This document shows positions 31,897 through 32,230 of a stretch of DNA of 32,230 nt, piece after piece. The notes beneath the pieces are model-generated. The model was not told the DNA's origin. It worked only from the letters and a program-made list of their open reading frames with translations, and did not search any database. A program made the position numbers and the translations under genes. This DNA is from an uncultured virus (IMG/VR IMGVR_UViG_3300022468_000843) (taxonomy: Duplodnaviria; Heunggongvirae; Uroviricota; Caudoviricetes), in IMG/VR virus record IMGVR_UViG_3300022468_000843; one strand, 5' to 3'. The first letter of the stretch is position 1. Each line of letters starts with the position of its first letter.

Positions 31897-32189
31897 AGGC
31901 CACCCCGCTCGACGATGGCGGCATAGCACTGCTCGCGGGCCATGCTGGCGTCGAAGTGCCGGAAGAAGCTCTGGCTGCGCACGGCATCGGCGCAGGCCCG
32001 GCGCTCGGCCAGGACGGCGGCATTCACGATGTCGGTCACCATGGGCATGGCATCGGCCACACCGCGCGCGTGGGCTTTGCGGATGAGGTCGAGCACCTTG
32101 TGCGCATCCTCCAGCGCCAGGGGCACGCCGATGGCTTCGACGATGCCGATCTCGGTCTCTGCGAATGGGGGGTTTTGCGGGGCAGTCAC
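31893..32189 (-). CDS. Hypothetical protein
   Basis: AGGAGG RBS; AVLAERRACAD motif common in small phage proteins. Confidence 0.6.
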   Translation of the reverse strand: MTAPQNPPFAETEIGIVEAIGVPLALEDAHKVLDLIRKAHARGVADAMPMVTDIVNAAVLAERRACADAVRSQSFFRHFDASMAREQCYAAIVERGGL

Positions 32190-32230
32190 AGGGCACCTCC
32201 TGGGGCGAGACGGGCGGGGGCAGACCGGGG

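Overview
High-GC window of a large tailed phage or prophage (host probably a betaproteobacterium; this is inference). Almost every real gene is on the minus strand. Read right to left: small accessory genes, a terminase-small-subunit-like gene, a ParB-fused DNA methyltransferase, about 10 kb of accessory genes (a 1545-aa WGR + kinase-like + ADP-ribosyltransferase protein, a NUDIX hydrolase and others), a terminase large subunit with an extra N-terminal ATPase-like module, portal, HNH nuclease, an RNA cluster (initiator-type tRNA-Met plus two candidate structured RNAs), a MuF/SPP1-gp7-like head protein, a stand-alone AraC-type regulator on the plus strand, a 1514-aa SNF2-type helicase, prohead protease, scaffold, major capsid, head fibre and fibre-like genes. 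Two hidden signals tie the region together. (1) A motif GTCGTGA-N3-xAxxxT lies 14-16 nt before the ATG of eight genes, consistent with leaderless late promoters. (2) A [L/M/I/F]-x-K-[A/S] peptide is repeated in the scaffold and protease and sits at the N-terminus of the capsid protein and of several enzymes. Together they suggest a protease-tagged, head-packaged effector cargo system that includes an ADP-ribosylation writer and a possible eraser. Product calls come from motifs recognised by eye; no database searches were run.
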